A stretch of DNA of 64,000 nucleotides, taken from NCBI GenBank assembly GCA_002269645.1, contig NIVC01000033.1:113335-177334 (forward strand), read 5' to 3'. Of the stretch, positions 1 through 21,839 are shown piece after piece. The DNA comes from Macrostomum lignano (taxonomy: Eukaryota). Both the position numbers and the translations under genes were made by a program. The notes beneath the pieces are model-generated. The model was not told the origin of the DNA. It ran no database searches and saw only the letters and a program-made list of their open reading frames with translations. Numbering within the stretch: the stretch's first letter is position 1; every line of letters begins with the position of its first letter.

Positions 1-64
1 GCGGCGCCGCCAGCCACGCCGCCGTTGCCGTCGAGTACCGGAGGCCACCGCTGGGGGGGAGCCG

Positions 65-331
65 TGTGGCGGACAAGTGCAAGCACACCTGAAGACGGCC
101 GTTTAGATGCCCTCGCGCTCCCTGCTCATCACGCCGCGTCTATGCGCCACCAACCCCGGAGATTAGGGGTGGGGGTTCGCCCACCCAGCCTGAGCTACGT
201 GGGGGTTGGGGTTGACTGACTAACTAGCGCGTTGGCCTATTTAACCTGATTGTGCGCAGACGCTTGTAAGAACCTTTTGCTCTCCGCAAATACAATTTCA
301 AGTCTGCACGCAGTAGCTACTGCCCGCTTCA
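65..331 (+). repeat. LTR 1 (267 bp)
   Basis: Starts TGTGGCGG and ends CGCTTCA. Preceded by a PPT and followed by a PBS. Identical by eye to LTR2 and LTR3. Confidence 0.95.
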
Positions 332-332
332 T

Positions 333-345
333 TGGTGAGCCCGAC
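333..345 (+). promoter_or_regulatory. Primer-binding site, tRNA-Trp type (second copy at 4426-4438)
   Basis: TGGTGAGCCCGAC lies 1 nt after the LTR and matches the complement of the metazoan tRNA-Trp 3' end (TGGTGACCCCGAC) at 12 of 13 positions. CsRn1-clade elements use tRNA-Trp. Confidence 0.8.
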
Positions 346-367
346 AACCCGCCATTTCGTCTAACAC

Positions 368-1072
368 ATGGCGCCACCCACTGAGTCAACTGTTGCACTC
401 AAGCTGCCCACGTTTTGGGCCATGCAGCCACGCGCGTGGTTCATCCAGGCAGAGGCCCAGTTCCAGCTGCGCGGCATCACCCAGGACGACACCAAGTATC
501 ACCACTTGGTCGCCTCGCTTGATCAACAAACCGCCGAGCGCCTGCTGGACGTTCTGGAAAGCCCTCCGAGCGAGGACAAATACGGCAAACTGAAAGGGCG
601 CCTGCTCGGCACTTTCAGTCTCACCCGGCAGCAGCGAGCTAGCCGTTTGCTCAGCATGTCCGGCCTGGGAGATCGCCGGCCGTCCGAGATGATGGACGAG
701 ATGCTGGCCCTGCTTGGTGATCACCGGCCTTGCCTGCTCTTTGAGGAGCTGTTCCGCCAGCAGCTGCCCGTGGACATCCGGATGGCGCTCGCATCCGCCG
801 ACTTCGAAGACCCCCGGGCAGTCGCGCAGCTCGCCGACCAGCTCTGGGCCAGCCGGCCCCAGCCAGTGGCCGCTTCCGCCCAGTTGGCAGGTCCGCCGGA
901 GGTTTGCGCTGCGCGTCAGGCTGCGCGTCCCCGCACCACGTCGCCCCGGCCTGGGCACCGCGGCACCCGCGCCCAGGAGCTGTGCTACTTCCACCGCAAG
1001 TTCGGCGCGAAGGCTAGGCAATGCGAGCAGCCCTGCAGCTTTCCGGGAAACGGGCCGGCCGGCCGCCAGTGA
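368..1072 (+). CDS. gag: Gag, unit 1 (234 aa)
   Basis: Typical N-terminus (LKLPTFW...WFIQAEAQF...ITQDDTKY) and C-terminal CHCC knuckle [18 protein letters not shown]. Confidence 0.93.
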   Translation: MAPPTESTVALKLPTFWAMQPRAWFIQAEAQFQLRGITQDDTKYHHLVASLDQQTAERLLDVLESPPSEDKYGKLKGRLLGTFSLTRQQRASRLLSMSGLGDRRPSEMMDEMLALLGDHRPCLLFEELFRQQLPVDIRMALASADFEDPRAVAQLADQLWASRPQPVAASAQLAGPPEVCAARQAARPRTTSPRPGHRGTRAQELCYFHRKFGAKARQCEQPCSFPGNGPAGRQ

Positions 1073-4000
1073 CCATCGCGGCGGCCGGCAACCTGCTGCT
1101 CATCCCCGACGTCCCATCCGGCCGGCGGTTCCTGGTGGACACAGGCGCCGAGGTAAGCATTTTCCCAGCCTCTGCAGATGATGCCCGCGCCCGTTCACCT
1201 GGCCCGCCGCTGTTCGCCGCGAACGGCACCCGCATCCGAACCTTCGGCGGCCGCAGCATCACACTGGACGTCGGCCTGAAGACCTGCACCTGGCCATTCG
1301 TGTTGGCTGAGGTCTCCCGGCCGTTGATCGGCGCCGACTTCCTGCGCCACCACGGCCTGCTGGTGGACCTGCCCAACCGCCGCCTTCTGGACGCCGCCTC
1401 CCTGGCCAGTGTGCAATTGCTGGCTGGCTCCGGTTCTGCGCCTCAGCTCGCCGCCGCGGTTGCCAGGGACCCGTACAGCCGGTTGCTGGCGGAGTTCCCC
1501 AGCATCACGGAGCCCAGTTTCAGCAAAGCCACGCCGCGGCACGGCGTGGAGCACTACATCCCGACGACGGGCCCGCCGGTGCACGCTAGAGCGCGCCGCC
1601 TGCCGCCCGACAAGCTGGCCGCGGCCAAGGAAGAGTTTCGCAACCTGGAGCAGCTCGGCATTGTGCGGCGGTCCAGCAGCCCCTGGTCCTCGCCGCTGCA
1701 CATGGTGCCCAAGACTTCCGGCGGTTGGCGGCCCTGCGGCGATTTCCGGCGGCTCAATGACGCCACGGTGCCCGACCGCTACCCCGTGCCGCATATCCAG
1801 GATTTCTCAGCGCGCCTGAGCGGCTGCACAGTGTTCTCGAAGATCGACCTGGTGCGGGGCTACCACCAGATCCCGGTCGCGCAAACGGACATCCCGAAGA
1901 CCGCCGTCATTACACCGTTTGGGTTGTTTGAGTTCCTCCGCATGCCGTTCGGGTTGAAAAATGCGGCACAGGCCTTCCAGCGGTTAGTAGATTCTATCTG
2001 CCAGGACCTGCCGGCCGTCTTCGCGTACATCGACGATTTCCTGGTCGCCAGCAGCAGCCCCGAGCAGCACGAGGAGCACCTGCGGAAGCTGTTCCAGCGC
2101 CTCGCCGACAACGGCCTGTTGCTCAACCCAGCCAAGTGCCAGTTTGGCCGCAGCGAGATCGATTTCCTCGGCCACAGGATCAGCGCTGCGGGCGCCATGC
2201 CGCTGCCGGACAAGGTCGACGCAGTCGCCAGGTTCGCGCCGCCCACGACGGTGAAGGGTCTCCAGGAGTTTGCCGGCATGGTGAACTTCTATCACCGCTT
2301 CGTGCCCCGCGCAGCCCGGTTGCTGCGCCCGATCTACCAGGCCATGGCCGGCAAGGAGAAGCTGGTGCGGTGGACGCCGGAGCTGACCGAGGCCTTCGAC
2401 AAGACCAAGCAGGCGCTGGCCGACGCGACCATGCTGGCGCACCCCAGGCCCGACGCGCCGCTGGCCCTCACCGTAGATGCTTCTGACACCGCCGTGGGCG
2501 CCGTCCTCGAGCAGCGTGTCGGCCCCGCCTGGCAGCCGCTCGCATTCTTCAGCCGGCAGTTGCGACCTGCGGAGGTAAAGTACAGTGCCTTCGACTGCGA
2601 GCTCCTGGCACTGTACCTAGCGGTCCGCCACTTCCGTTACCTCCTTGAGGGGCGCCACTTCACAGCCTACACGGACCACAAGCCGTTGGCCGCCGCCATG
2701 GCCAAGCTGTCCGACCCGTGGTCCGCTCGGCAGCAGCGGCACCTGGCGTACGTGAGCGAATTCACCACGGACGTCCAGCACATCGCCGGCAAAAACAATC
2801 CGGTGGCCGACGCGCTGTCCCGCTGCACCGTGGCCAGCGTGCTACCCGGCATCGATTTTGCAGCGATGTCGCAGGCCCAGCATGCCCCGACCGAGTTGCC
2901 GCCGCCCGGCTCCGGCCTCCGACTGGAGCGCGTGAACCTCCGCCCAGGCCTGGAGCTGCTCTGCGACGTCTCCACCGGCCATCCCCGCCCGCTGGTGCCG
3001 ACCGAATTTCGACGGCCGGTGTTCGACGCCATCCACGGCCTTGCGCACCCATCAATCCGCAGCTCCCGCCGCCTCGTTGCAGACCGTTTCGTCTGGCCCG
3101 GCCTCAACCGCGACGTCGGCCGTTGGGCTCGCAGCTGCCTCGCCTGCCAGACGACTAAGGTCCAGCAGCATGTTGTCAGCCCGCCAGACAGCATCCCGGT
3201 GCCCCGCGACCGCTTCGCGCACGTGCACATCGACCTGGTGGGCCCGCTTCCGCACTCTCAAGGGTGCTCGCACCTGCTGACCGTTGTCGACCGGTTCACG
3301 CGTTGGCCGGAAGCAATTCCGCTGGCAGACACGTCCGCCGCTACCTGTGCGGCCGCATTCATCGCGCACTGGATTGCCCGTTTCGGTGTGCCAAGCGACC
3401 TCACGTCAGACCGCGGCCCGCAGTTCACCTCGGAGCTGTGGTCCAACGTGTCCCGCTTGCTTGGCACGCAGCTGCACCAGACGACGGCCTTCCACCCACA
3501 GGCCAACGGGCTTGTGGAGCGGTTCCACCGGCAGCTCAAGGCTTCCCTGATGGCGCGGCTGACGGGGCCGTCCTGGACTGCCGAGCTGCCCTGGGTGTTG
3601 CTCGGCATCCGCACCGCTCCCAAGGAGGATCTCGGCACGTCATCGGCGGAGTTGGTGTACGGAGTCCCACTGGCGGTGCCGGGCGAGTGTCTGCAGACCA
3701 GCTCGCCTACGGGCCATGACGGGTTCCTCGCGCGCCTGCGCCAGGCCGTGCAGGCTTTCCGCCCGCCACCGACCTCCCAGCATGGCCGCCGCCCCACCGC
3801 CCTGCCTGCTGTCTTGGACACCTGCACGCACGTCTTCGTCCGCTGCGACGGGCACCGACCGGCGCTGCAACCGCCTTATCTAGGTCCCTTCAAAGTGCTG
3901 GAGCGCGGCGCTAAGGCTTTCCTCCTCGACCTCGTCACTAGGCGGGACTTCGTGTCGGTGGACCGGCTCAAGCCAGCGGCGCTTGACCCTGCGAGCCCGG

Positions 4001-4185
4001 TTTCGACGCCTCAAATTCGGCCAAGGGGGCGCCCACCGCGTGAGCCCACCGTCCCGGGCGCCGCGACGGCCGAACCGCTGCGCCGCCGCCCGCCGCGGCG
4101 CCGCCAGCCACGCCGCCGTTGCCGTCGAGTACCGGAGGCCACCGCTGGGGGGGGCCGTGTGGCGGACAAGTGCAAGCACACCTGA
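1021..4185 (+). CDS. pol: Pol polyprotein, unit 1 (protease, RT, RNase H, integrase), probably entered by -1 frameshift near 1051
   Basis: LVDTGA protease, YIDD RT, VDASD RNase H, HHCC zinc finger, [24 protein letters not shown] core and PYLGPF motif. No internal stops. Confidence 0.97.
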   Translation: MRAALQLSGKRAGRPPVTIAAAGNLLLIPDVPSGRRFLVDTGAEVSIFPASADDARARSPGPPLFAANGTRIRTFGGRSITLDVGLKTCTWPFVLAEVSRPLIGADFLRHHGLLVDLPNRRLLDAASLASVQLLAGSGSAPQLAAAVARDPYSRLLAEFPSITEPSFSKATPRHGVEHYIPTTGPPVHARARRLPPDKLAAAKEEFRNLEQLGIVRRSSSPWSSPLHMVPKTSGGWRPCGDFRRLNDATVPDRYPVPHIQDFSARLSGCTVFSKIDLVRGYHQIPVAQTDIPKTAVITPFGLFEFLRMPFGLKNAAQAFQRLVDSICQDLPAVFAYIDDFLVASSSPEQHEEHLRKLFQRLADNGLLLNPAKCQFGRSEIDFLGHRISAAGAMPLPDKVDAVARFAPPTTVKGLQEFAGMVNFYHRFVPRAARLLRPIYQAMAGKEKLVRWTPELTEAFDKTKQALADATMLAHPRPDAPLALTVDASDTAVGAVLEQRVGPAWQPLAFFSRQLRPAEVKYSAFDCELLALYLAVRHFRYLLEGRHFTAYTDHKPLAAAMAKLSDPWSARQQRHLAYVSEFTTDVQHIAGKNNPVADALSRCTVASVLPGIDFAAMSQAQHAPTELPPPGSGLRLERVNLRPGLELLCDVSTGHPRPLVPTEFRRPVFDAIHGLAHPSIRSSRRLVADRFVWPGLNRDVGRWARSCLACQTTKVQQHVVSPPDSIPVPRDRFAHVHIDLVGPLPHSQGCSHLLTVVDRFTRWPEAIPLADTSAATCAAAFIAHWIARFGVPSDLTSDRGPQFTSELWSNVSRLLGTQLHQTTAFHPQANGLVERFHRQLKASLMARLTGPSWTAELPWVLLGIRTAPKEDLGTSSAELVYGVPLAVPGECLQTSSPTGHDGFLARLRQAVQAFRPPPTSQHGRRPTALPAVLDTCTHVFVRCDGHRPALQPPYLGPFKVLERGAKAFLLDLVTRRDFVSVDRLKPAALDPASPVSTPQIRPRGRPPREPTVPGAATAEPLRRRPPRRRQPRRRCRRVPEATAGGGRVADKCKHT
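1045..1089 (+). promoter_or_regulatory. -1 programmed ribosomal frameshift signal (second copy at 5138-5182)
   Basis: Slippery heptamer G GGA AAC at 1045-1051 in the gag frame, a 6-nt spacer, then a perfect 10-bp stem (1058-1067 with 1080-1089). Pol is in the -1 frame relative to gag. Confidence 0.85.
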
Positions 4186-4424
4186 AGACGGCCGTTTAGA
4201 TGCCCTCGCGCTCCCTGCTCATCACGCCGCGTCTATGCGCCACCAACCCCGGAGATTAGGGGTGGGGGTTCGCCCACCCAGCCTGAGCTACGTGGGGGTT
4301 GGGGTTGACTGACTAACTAGCGCGTTGGCCTATTTAACCTGATTGTGCGCAGACGCTTGTAAGAACCTTTTGCTCTCCGCAAATACAATTTCAAGTCTGC
4401 ACGCAGTAGCTACTGCCCGCTTCA
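4158..4424 (+). repeat. LTR 2, shared between units 1 and 2
   Basis: Same 267-bp sequence, with a PPT upstream, a PBS downstream and no target-site duplication at the junction. Confidence 0.95.
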
Positions 4425-4460
4425 TTGGTGAGCCCGACAACCCGCCATTTCGTCTAACAC

Positions 4461-5165
4461 ATGGCGCCACCCACTGAGTCAACTGTTGCACTCAAGCTGC
4501 CCACGTTTTGGGCCATGCAGCCACGCGCGTGGTTCATCCAGGCAGAGGCCCAGTTCCAGCTGCGCGGCATCACCCAGGACGACACCAAGTATCACCACTT
4601 GGTCGCCTCGCTTGATCAACAAACCGCCGAGCGCCTGCTGGACGTTCTGGAAAGCCCTCCGAGCGAGGACAAATACGGCAAACTGAAAGGGCGCCTGCTC
4701 GGCACTTTCAGTCTCACCCGGCAGCAGCGAGCTAGCCGTTTGCTCAGCATGTCCGGCCTGGGAGATCGCCGGCCGTCCGAGATGATGGACGAGATGCTGG
4801 CCCTGCTTGGTGATCACCGGCCTTGCCTGCTCTTTGAGGAGCTGTTCCGCCAGCAGCTGCCCGTGGACATCCGGATGGCGCTCGCATCCGCCGACTTCGA
4901 AGACCCCCGGGCAGTCGCGCAGCTCGCCGACCAGCTCTGGGCCAGCCGGCCCCAGCCAGTGGCCGCTTCCGCCCAGTTGGCAGGTCCGCCGGAGGTTTGC
5001 GCTGCGCGTCAGGCTGCGCGTCCCCGCACCACGTCGCCCCGGCCTGGGCACCGCGGCACCCGCGCCCAGGAGCTGTGCTACTTCCACCGCAAGTTCGGCG
5101 CGAAGGCTAGGCAATGCGAGCAGCCCTGCAGCTTTCCGGGAAACGGGCCGGCCGGCCGCCAGTGA
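4461..5165 (+). CDS. gag: Gag, unit 2 (234 aa)
   Basis: Translation identical to unit 1 gag. Confidence 0.93.
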   Translation: MAPPTESTVALKLPTFWAMQPRAWFIQAEAQFQLRGITQDDTKYHHLVASLDQQTAERLLDVLESPPSEDKYGKLKGRLLGTFSLTRQQRASRLLSMSGLGDRRPSEMMDEMLALLGDHRPCLLFEELFRQQLPVDIRMALASADFEDPRAVAQLADQLWASRPQPVAASAQLAGPPEVCAARQAARPRTTSPRPGHRGTRAQELCYFHRKFGAKARQCEQPCSFPGNGPAGRQ

Positions 5166-8100
5166 CCATCGCGGCGGCCGGCAACCTGCTGCTCATCCCC
5201 GACGTCCCATCCGGCCGGCGGTTCCTGGTGGACACAGGCGCCGAGGTAAGCATTTTCCCAGCCTCTGCAGATGATGCCCGCGCCCGTTCACCTGGCCCGC
5301 CGCTGTTCGCCGCGAACGGCACCCGCATCCGAACCTTCGGCGGCCGCAGCATCACACTGGACGTCGGCCTGAAGACCTGCACCTGGCCATTCGTGTTGGC
5401 TGAGGTCTCCCGGCCGTTGATCGGCGCCGACTTCCTGCGCCACCACGGCCTGCTGGTGGACCTGCCCAACCGCCGCCTTCTGGACGCCGCCTCCCTGGCC
5501 AGTGTGCAATTGCTGGCTGGCTCCGGTTCTGCGCCTCAGCTCGCCGCCGCGGTTGCCAGGGACCCGTACAGCCGGTTGCTGGCGGAGTTCCCCAGCATCA
5601 CGGAGCCCAGTTTCAGCAAAGCCACGCCGCGGCACGGCGTGGAGCACTACATCCCGACGACGGGCCCGCCGGTGCACGCTAGAGCGCGCCGCCTGCCGCC
5701 CGACAAGCTGGCCGCGGCCAAGGAAGAGTTTCGCAACCTGGAGCAGCTCGGCATTGTGCGGCGGTCCAGCAGCCCCTGGTCCTCGCCGCTGCACATGGTG
5801 CCCAAGACTTCCGGCGGTTGGCGGCCCTGCGGCGATTTCCGGCGGCTCAATGACGCCACGGTGCCCGACCGCTACCCCGTGCCGCATATCCAGGATTTCT
5901 CAGCGCGCCTGAGCGGCTGCACAGTGTTCTCGAAGATCGACCTGGTGCGGGGCTACCACCAGATCCCGGTCGCGCAAACGGACATCCCGAAGACCGCCGT
6001 CATTACACCGTTTGGGTTGTTTGAGTTCCTCCGCATGCCGTTCGGGTTGAAAAATGCGGCACAGGCCTTCCAGCGGTTAGTAGATTCTATCTGCCAGGAC
6101 CTGCCGGCCGTCTTCGCGTACATCGACGATTTCCTGGTCGCCAGCAGCAGCCCCGAGCAGCACGAGGAGCACCTGCGGAAGCTGTTCCAGCGCCTCGCCG
6201 ACAACGGCCTGTTGCTCAACCCAGCCAAGTGCCAGTTTGGCCGCAGCGAGATCGATTTCCTCGGCCACAGGATCAGCGCTGCGGGCGCCATGCCGCTGCC
6301 GGACAAGGTCGACGCAGTCGCCAGGTTCGCGCCGCCCACGACGGTGAAGGGTCTCCAGGAGTTTGCCGGCATGGTGAACTTCTATCACCGCTTCGTGCCC
6401 CGCGCAGCCCGGTTGCTGCGCCCGATCTACCAGGCCATGGCCGGCAAGGAGAAGCTGGTGCGGTGGACGCCGGAGCTGACCGAGGCCTTCGACAAGACCA
6501 AGCAGGCGCTGGCCGACGCGACCATGCTGGCGCACCCCAGGCCCGACGCGCCGCTGGCCCTCACCGTAGATGCTTCTGACACCGCCGTGGGCGCCGTCCT
6601 CGAGCAGCGTGTCGGCCCCGCCTGGCAGCCGCTCGCATTCTTCAGCCGGCAGTTGCGACCTGCGGAGGTAAAGTACAGTGCCTTCGACTGCGAGCTCCTG
6701 GCACTGTACCTAGCGGTCCGCCACTTCCGTTACCTCCTTGAGGGGCGCCACTTCACAGCCTACACGGACCACAAGCCGTTGGCCGCCGCCATGGCCAAGC
6801 TGTCCGACCCGTGGTCCGCTCGGCAGCAGCGGCACCTGGCGTACGTGAGCGAATTCACCACGGACGTCCAGCACATCGCCGGCAAAAACAATCCGGTGGC
6901 CGACGCGCTGTCCCGCTGCACCGTGGCCAGCGTGCTACCCGGCATCGATTTTGCAGCGATGTCGCAGGCCCAGCATGCCCCGACCGAGTTGCCGCCGCCC
7001 GGCTCCGGCCTCCGACTGGAGCGCGTGAACCTCCGCCCAGGCCTGGAGCTGCTCTGCGACGTCTCCACCGGCCATCCCCGCCCGCTGGTGCCGACCGAAT
7101 TTCGACGGCCGGTGTTCGACGCCATCCACGGCCTTGCGCACCCATCAATCCGCAGCTCCCGCCGCCTCGTTGCAGACCGTTTCGTCTGGCCCGGCCTCAA
7201 CCGCGACGTCGGCCGTTGGGCTCGCAGCTGCCTCGCCTGCCAGACGACTAAGGTCCAGCAGCATGTTGTCAGCCCGCCAGACAGCATCCCGGTGCCCCGC
7301 GACCGCTTCGCGCACGTGCACATCGACCTGGTGGGCCCGCTTCCGCACTCTCAAGGGTGCTCGCACCTGCTGACCGTTGTCGACCGGTTCACGCGTTGGC
7401 CGGAAGCAATTCCGCTGGCAGACACGTCCGCCGCTACCTGTGCGGCCGCATTCATCGCGCACTGGATTGCCCGTTTCGGTGTGCCAAGCGACCTCACGTC
7501 AGACCGCGGCCCGCAGTTCACCTCGGAGCTGTGGTCCAACGTGTCCCGCTTGCTTGGCACGCAGCTGCACCAGACGACGGCCTTCCACCCACAGGCCAAC
7601 GGGCTTGTGGAGCGGTTCCACCGGCAGCTCAAGGCTTCCCTGATGGCGCGGCTGACGGGGCCGTCCTGGACTGCCGAGCTGCCCTGGGTGTTGCTCGGCA
7701 TCCGCACCGCTCCCAAGGAGGATCTCGGCACGTCATCGGCGGAGTTGGTGTACGGAGTCCCACTGGCGGTGCCGGGCGAGTGTCTGCAGACCAGCTCGCC
7801 TACGGGCCATGACGGGTTCCTCGCGCGCCTGCGCCAGGCCGTGCAGGCTTTCCGCCCGCCACCGACCTCCCAGCATGGCCGCCGCCCCACCGCCCTGCCT
7901 GCTGTCTTGGACACCTGCACGCACGTCTTCGTCCGCCGCGACGGGCACCGACCGGCGCTGCAACCGCCTTATCTAGGTCCCTTCAAAGTGCTGGAGCGCG
8001 GCGCTAAGGCTTTCCTCCTCGACCTCGTCACTAGGCGGGACTTCGTGTCGGTGGACCGGCTCAAGCCAGCGGCGCTTGACCCTGCGAGCCCGGTTTCGAC

Positions 8101-8278
8101 GCCTCAAATTCGGCCAAGGGGGCGCCCACCGCGTGAGCCCACCGTCCCGGGCGCCGCGACGGCCGAACCGCTGCGCCGCCGCCCGCCGCGGCGCCGCCAG
8201 CCACGCCGCCGTTGCCGTCGAGTACCGGAGGCCACCGCTGGGGGGAGCCGTGTGGCGGACAAGTGCAAGCACACCTGA
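5114..8278 (+). CDS. pol: Pol polyprotein, unit 2
   Basis: Intact ORF. Differs from unit 1 at two residues (VRCD vs VRRD, and GGGR vs GGSR). Confidence 0.97.
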   Translation: MRAALQLSGKRAGRPPVTIAAAGNLLLIPDVPSGRRFLVDTGAEVSIFPASADDARARSPGPPLFAANGTRIRTFGGRSITLDVGLKTCTWPFVLAEVSRPLIGADFLRHHGLLVDLPNRRLLDAASLASVQLLAGSGSAPQLAAAVARDPYSRLLAEFPSITEPSFSKATPRHGVEHYIPTTGPPVHARARRLPPDKLAAAKEEFRNLEQLGIVRRSSSPWSSPLHMVPKTSGGWRPCGDFRRLNDATVPDRYPVPHIQDFSARLSGCTVFSKIDLVRGYHQIPVAQTDIPKTAVITPFGLFEFLRMPFGLKNAAQAFQRLVDSICQDLPAVFAYIDDFLVASSSPEQHEEHLRKLFQRLADNGLLLNPAKCQFGRSEIDFLGHRISAAGAMPLPDKVDAVARFAPPTTVKGLQEFAGMVNFYHRFVPRAARLLRPIYQAMAGKEKLVRWTPELTEAFDKTKQALADATMLAHPRPDAPLALTVDASDTAVGAVLEQRVGPAWQPLAFFSRQLRPAEVKYSAFDCELLALYLAVRHFRYLLEGRHFTAYTDHKPLAAAMAKLSDPWSARQQRHLAYVSEFTTDVQHIAGKNNPVADALSRCTVASVLPGIDFAAMSQAQHAPTELPPPGSGLRLERVNLRPGLELLCDVSTGHPRPLVPTEFRRPVFDAIHGLAHPSIRSSRRLVADRFVWPGLNRDVGRWARSCLACQTTKVQQHVVSPPDSIPVPRDRFAHVHIDLVGPLPHSQGCSHLLTVVDRFTRWPEAIPLADTSAATCAAAFIAHWIARFGVPSDLTSDRGPQFTSELWSNVSRLLGTQLHQTTAFHPQANGLVERFHRQLKASLMARLTGPSWTAELPWVLLGIRTAPKEDLGTSSAELVYGVPLAVPGECLQTSSPTGHDGFLARLRQAVQAFRPPPTSQHGRRPTALPAVLDTCTHVFVRRDGHRPALQPPYLGPFKVLERGAKAFLLDLVTRRDFVSVDRLKPAALDPASPVSTPQIRPRGRPPREPTVPGAATAEPLRRRPPRRRQPRRRCRRVPEATAGGSRVADKCKHT

Positions 8279-8517
8279 AGACGGCCGTTTAGATGCCCTC
8301 GCGCTCCCTGCTCATCACGCCGCGTCTATGCGCCACCAACCCCGGAGATTAGGGGTGGGGGTTCGCCCACCCAGCCTGAGCTACGTGGGGGTTGGGGTTG
8401 ACTGACTAACTAGCGCGTTGGCCTATTTAACCTGATTGTGCGCAGACGCTTGTAAGAACCTTTTGCTCTCCGCAAATACAATTTCAAGTCTGCACGCAGT
8501 AGCTACTGCCCGCTTCA
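8251..8517 (+). repeat. LTR 3, the 3' terminal LTR
   Basis: Same 267-bp sequence, followed directly by host minisatellite rather than a PBS. Confidence 0.95.
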
Positions 8518-8990
8518 GTCCACTAATTTCTGCTCAATTTGAGTCTTTGTCCACTAATTTCTGCTCGATTTGAGTCTTTGTCCACTAATTTCTGCTCGAT
8601 TTGAGTCTTCGTCCACTAATTTCTGCTCGATTTGAGTCTTTGTCCACTAATTTCTGCTCGATTTGAGTCTTTGTTCACTAATTTCTGCTCAGTTTAAGTC
8701 TTTGTTCACTAATTTCTGCTCAATTTAAGTACTTGTCGACTAATTTCTGCTTAGTTTAAGTCTTTGTCCACTAATTTCTGCTCGATTTGAGTCTTTGTCC
8801 ACTAATTTCTGCTCGATTTGAGTCTTTGTCCACTAATTTCTGCTCAATTTGAGTCTTTGTTCACTAATTTCTGCTCGATTTGAGTCTTTGTCCACTAATT
8901 TCTGCTTAATTTGAGTATTTGTTCACGAATTTCTGCTAAATTTGAGTATTTGTTCACTCATTTCTGTTCATTGGAGTCTTTATCCACTAT
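8518..8990. repeat. 31-bp minisatellite (GTCCACTAATTTCTGCTCGATTTGAGTCTTT)
   Basis: About 14 tandem copies, decaying at the right edge. Confidence 0.93.
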
Positions 8991-9195
8991 TTACTGGCCC
9001 TTGGAATCTTTATTCCCCATTTTCTGTTCCTCTTAGGGTCTATATCCAACCATCGCTGTTCCTGCGAGCCTCTAAACAACGCCGCCATTCATGCAATTTT
9101 TATCCCTTATTTTACTTGACACTTTCAATCAACTACAATCGCCCAATCTATTAAAAAGCCTTCAAAATGAAATCACCAGAATTGGCCTTAACTCA

Positions 9196-19717
<10,522 letters not shown>

Positions 19718-20529
19718 TATTACTTAAGAATTAAAAATTGAGATGCGATTTGTTAATTGAAAACAAAATCGATTAACACAAACTAACACAAGGCAAACTT
19801 AGTATAGTAATTTAGTATATATGGATATACTTTTAATTGCTTGCGGCGAATAAAAACGTCAGGTGATAAACACACATCTTATTTTTTTCTTTCTTGGTAC
19901 TTAGGCCTATACACTAAAAAAAACACTGTAATTAGTTAAAAATCGGTTTTCTAAATATTTTTATGACGTTAGCAACAAACCTTTCAAATAAAAGTCAATT
20001 TTTGTTTTAACTGATGAGCTTTTTGCGGAGTGCTTATAGAATTAAGTAACTCCTGTATAGTTAGCCATGCAGTTTTCTGATATCATGCCATTCTCGAATT
20101 AATCAGCAATGATACCATCATTACGATATTATACTATTTAAGCACCATTTAACGAAGATTAAAGGCTTTTTACGTTAAATGCATTAATATTAAATGCATG
20201 ACATTTTAATCAGTCATCCGTAATTTCCATGTGGATGTACGTAAACTGTATCTATACATGTATTATTGTATATATTGTATGCATGCTTCCTACATATAGT
20301 GTATCTGACACTAATTTATTTACATACAGTATTGTATGGATTGTCTAAGTACATAGTATTACACAGAACATGTGGAACGATCGAAATATGTTTTTTATAC
20401 ACATGTACGTGCATGTACAAATTTGTATTTGATAATGCACAAATGCTTTACGTTTACATTATGCGCACATTAAATATCGCAATGTACATGCCATATTTGC
20501 TTGTTAAAATATTGTTTGGTGCTTTAGTA

Positions 20530-21839
20530 CGAGGGTCACTCAGAAAGTCTTTAGCCTGAGTAGGATCCACGAGACGTAGAAGCATGAAATTTGTCTATGG
20601 TAAAGAGCAACTTTTAAAAGTATCGCAGCAAAAATTTCAAACAGAAGCAGCCACTTTTGAGTCCACTGCAGCGAGTTAAAGTCAATTCACCCCCTGAGAT
20701 CTTCAATTCAACAATGAAGCTGGAAAATCGCGACTTCAGAGCAATGATGTACCTGCAATTCAAGCAAGGCAAGTCGTCGGCCGAATCGTATCAAACTTTA
20801 CAGAACGTTTTCACCCATGTATGTCCTTCATACGCAACCGTCAAAAACTGGTTCGCTGAGTTTCGCCGAGGTCGAGAAAGCCTCGAAGATGAACATCGAT
20901 CCGGGAGACCCTGTGACGCAGTGACTCCAGAAAATATCTGCGCTGTGTCCAGCATGATTGCCGCTGACCGGCGAGTGACCTACCAGCAGATCCAGCAGGA
21001 GATCGGTATTGGATCGGGGAGTGTGCACGCCATTATGCACGAACACCTTGGAGTGCGGAAGCTGGCTTCCCGGTGGATCCCCCATCAGCTGTCGGACGTG
21101 CAGAAGGACACCAGGGTGGCTTGGTGCCGATTCATGCTGCAGAAATTCGAATCCGGGACCAGCCGGCGTATCTGGGACATCCTCACGGGCGATGAGACCT
21201 GGATTTATCAATACGACCCCGAAAGCAAGCGCCAGTCAGCCATGTGGACCTTTGGAGACGAGGACAGCCCCACCAAGTTTCGACGCAGCCGGAGTGTCGG
21301 CAAGCAGATGGTGGCCTGTTTCTTCATGCGCACTGGGCATGTGGCTTCCGTTTCACTTGAAGATCGCCAGACAGTCACCGCTGACTGGTACACAACGGTT
21401 TGCCTGCCCAAGGTCTTTTCTGCTGTGAGCCAGAGGCGCCCAAGGTGCGGAATGCGTGGGGTGCTTCTGCACCACGACAACGCCAGCGCGCACACGGCGG
21501 CTCAAACTCTGGAGTTTCTGGCTGACTGTGGGGTCCAGCTGATGACTCACCCTGCTTACAGTCCAGACCTGGCACCGTGCGACTTTTTTCTGTTTCCGAA
21601 GTGCAAGGAGATTCTGAAGGGCCAGGTCTTTTCTTCACCGGAAGAAGCTGTGAATGAGTTTAAAAACATCATCGAGGAGCTCCGGGATGAGGATTAGCGG
21701 CAGTGCTTCGACAGCTGGTTTCACAGGATGCAAGCCTGTATCAATGCCGGTGGAGAGTATTTTGAGCACTTGTAGTCGTTTTTTAGTTCATTTGTTGCTG
21801 TTTTCGTGTTCAAGCTAAGAACTTTCTGAGTGACCCTCG
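20530..21839 (+). mobile_element. Full-length mariner (DD34D) transposon, 1310 bp
   Basis: 30-bp TIRs beginning CGAGGGTCACTCAGAAAGT (3 mismatches between ends). TA duplications at 20528-20529 and 21840-21841. Confidence 0.96.
20714..21775 (+). pseudogene. Mariner transposase with one premature stop (TAG at 21695-21697); would otherwise be 353 aa
   Basis: WIPHQL, TGDETW, HHDNA and YSPDLAPCDF motifs, with 34 residues between the last two Asp. After the TAG the frame continues RQCFDSWFHRMQACINAGGEYFEHL*. Confidence 0.92.

Larger units (their letters stand above)
1..8517 (+). mobile_element. Tandem array of a Ty3/gypsy LTR retrotransposon (CsRn1 clade): end of an upstream unit, then LTR-internal-LTR-internal-LTR with shared LTRs
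   Basis: 4093-bp periodicity. Three 267-bp TG...CA LTRs at 65-331, 4158-4424 and 8251-8517. PBS after LTR1 and LTR2, G-rich PPT before every LTR. Gag has the CX2HX9CX3C motif, and pol order is PR-RT-RH-IN. Bases 1-64 match the 3' end of a further unit, so the array continues left of the window. Confidence 0.97.

Noticed and set aside
163-212. G-runs in the LTR with G-quadruplex or hairpin potential
   Set aside because: One loop is long and a competing 7-bp hairpin exists. Nothing in the sequence supports a function.
386-8272. Many antisense and alternate-frame ORFs over the retrotransposon (also over ATP5F1A, PEX1 and the Myb gene)
   Set aside because: Expected shadows of GC-rich coding sequence, with no recognisable motifs.
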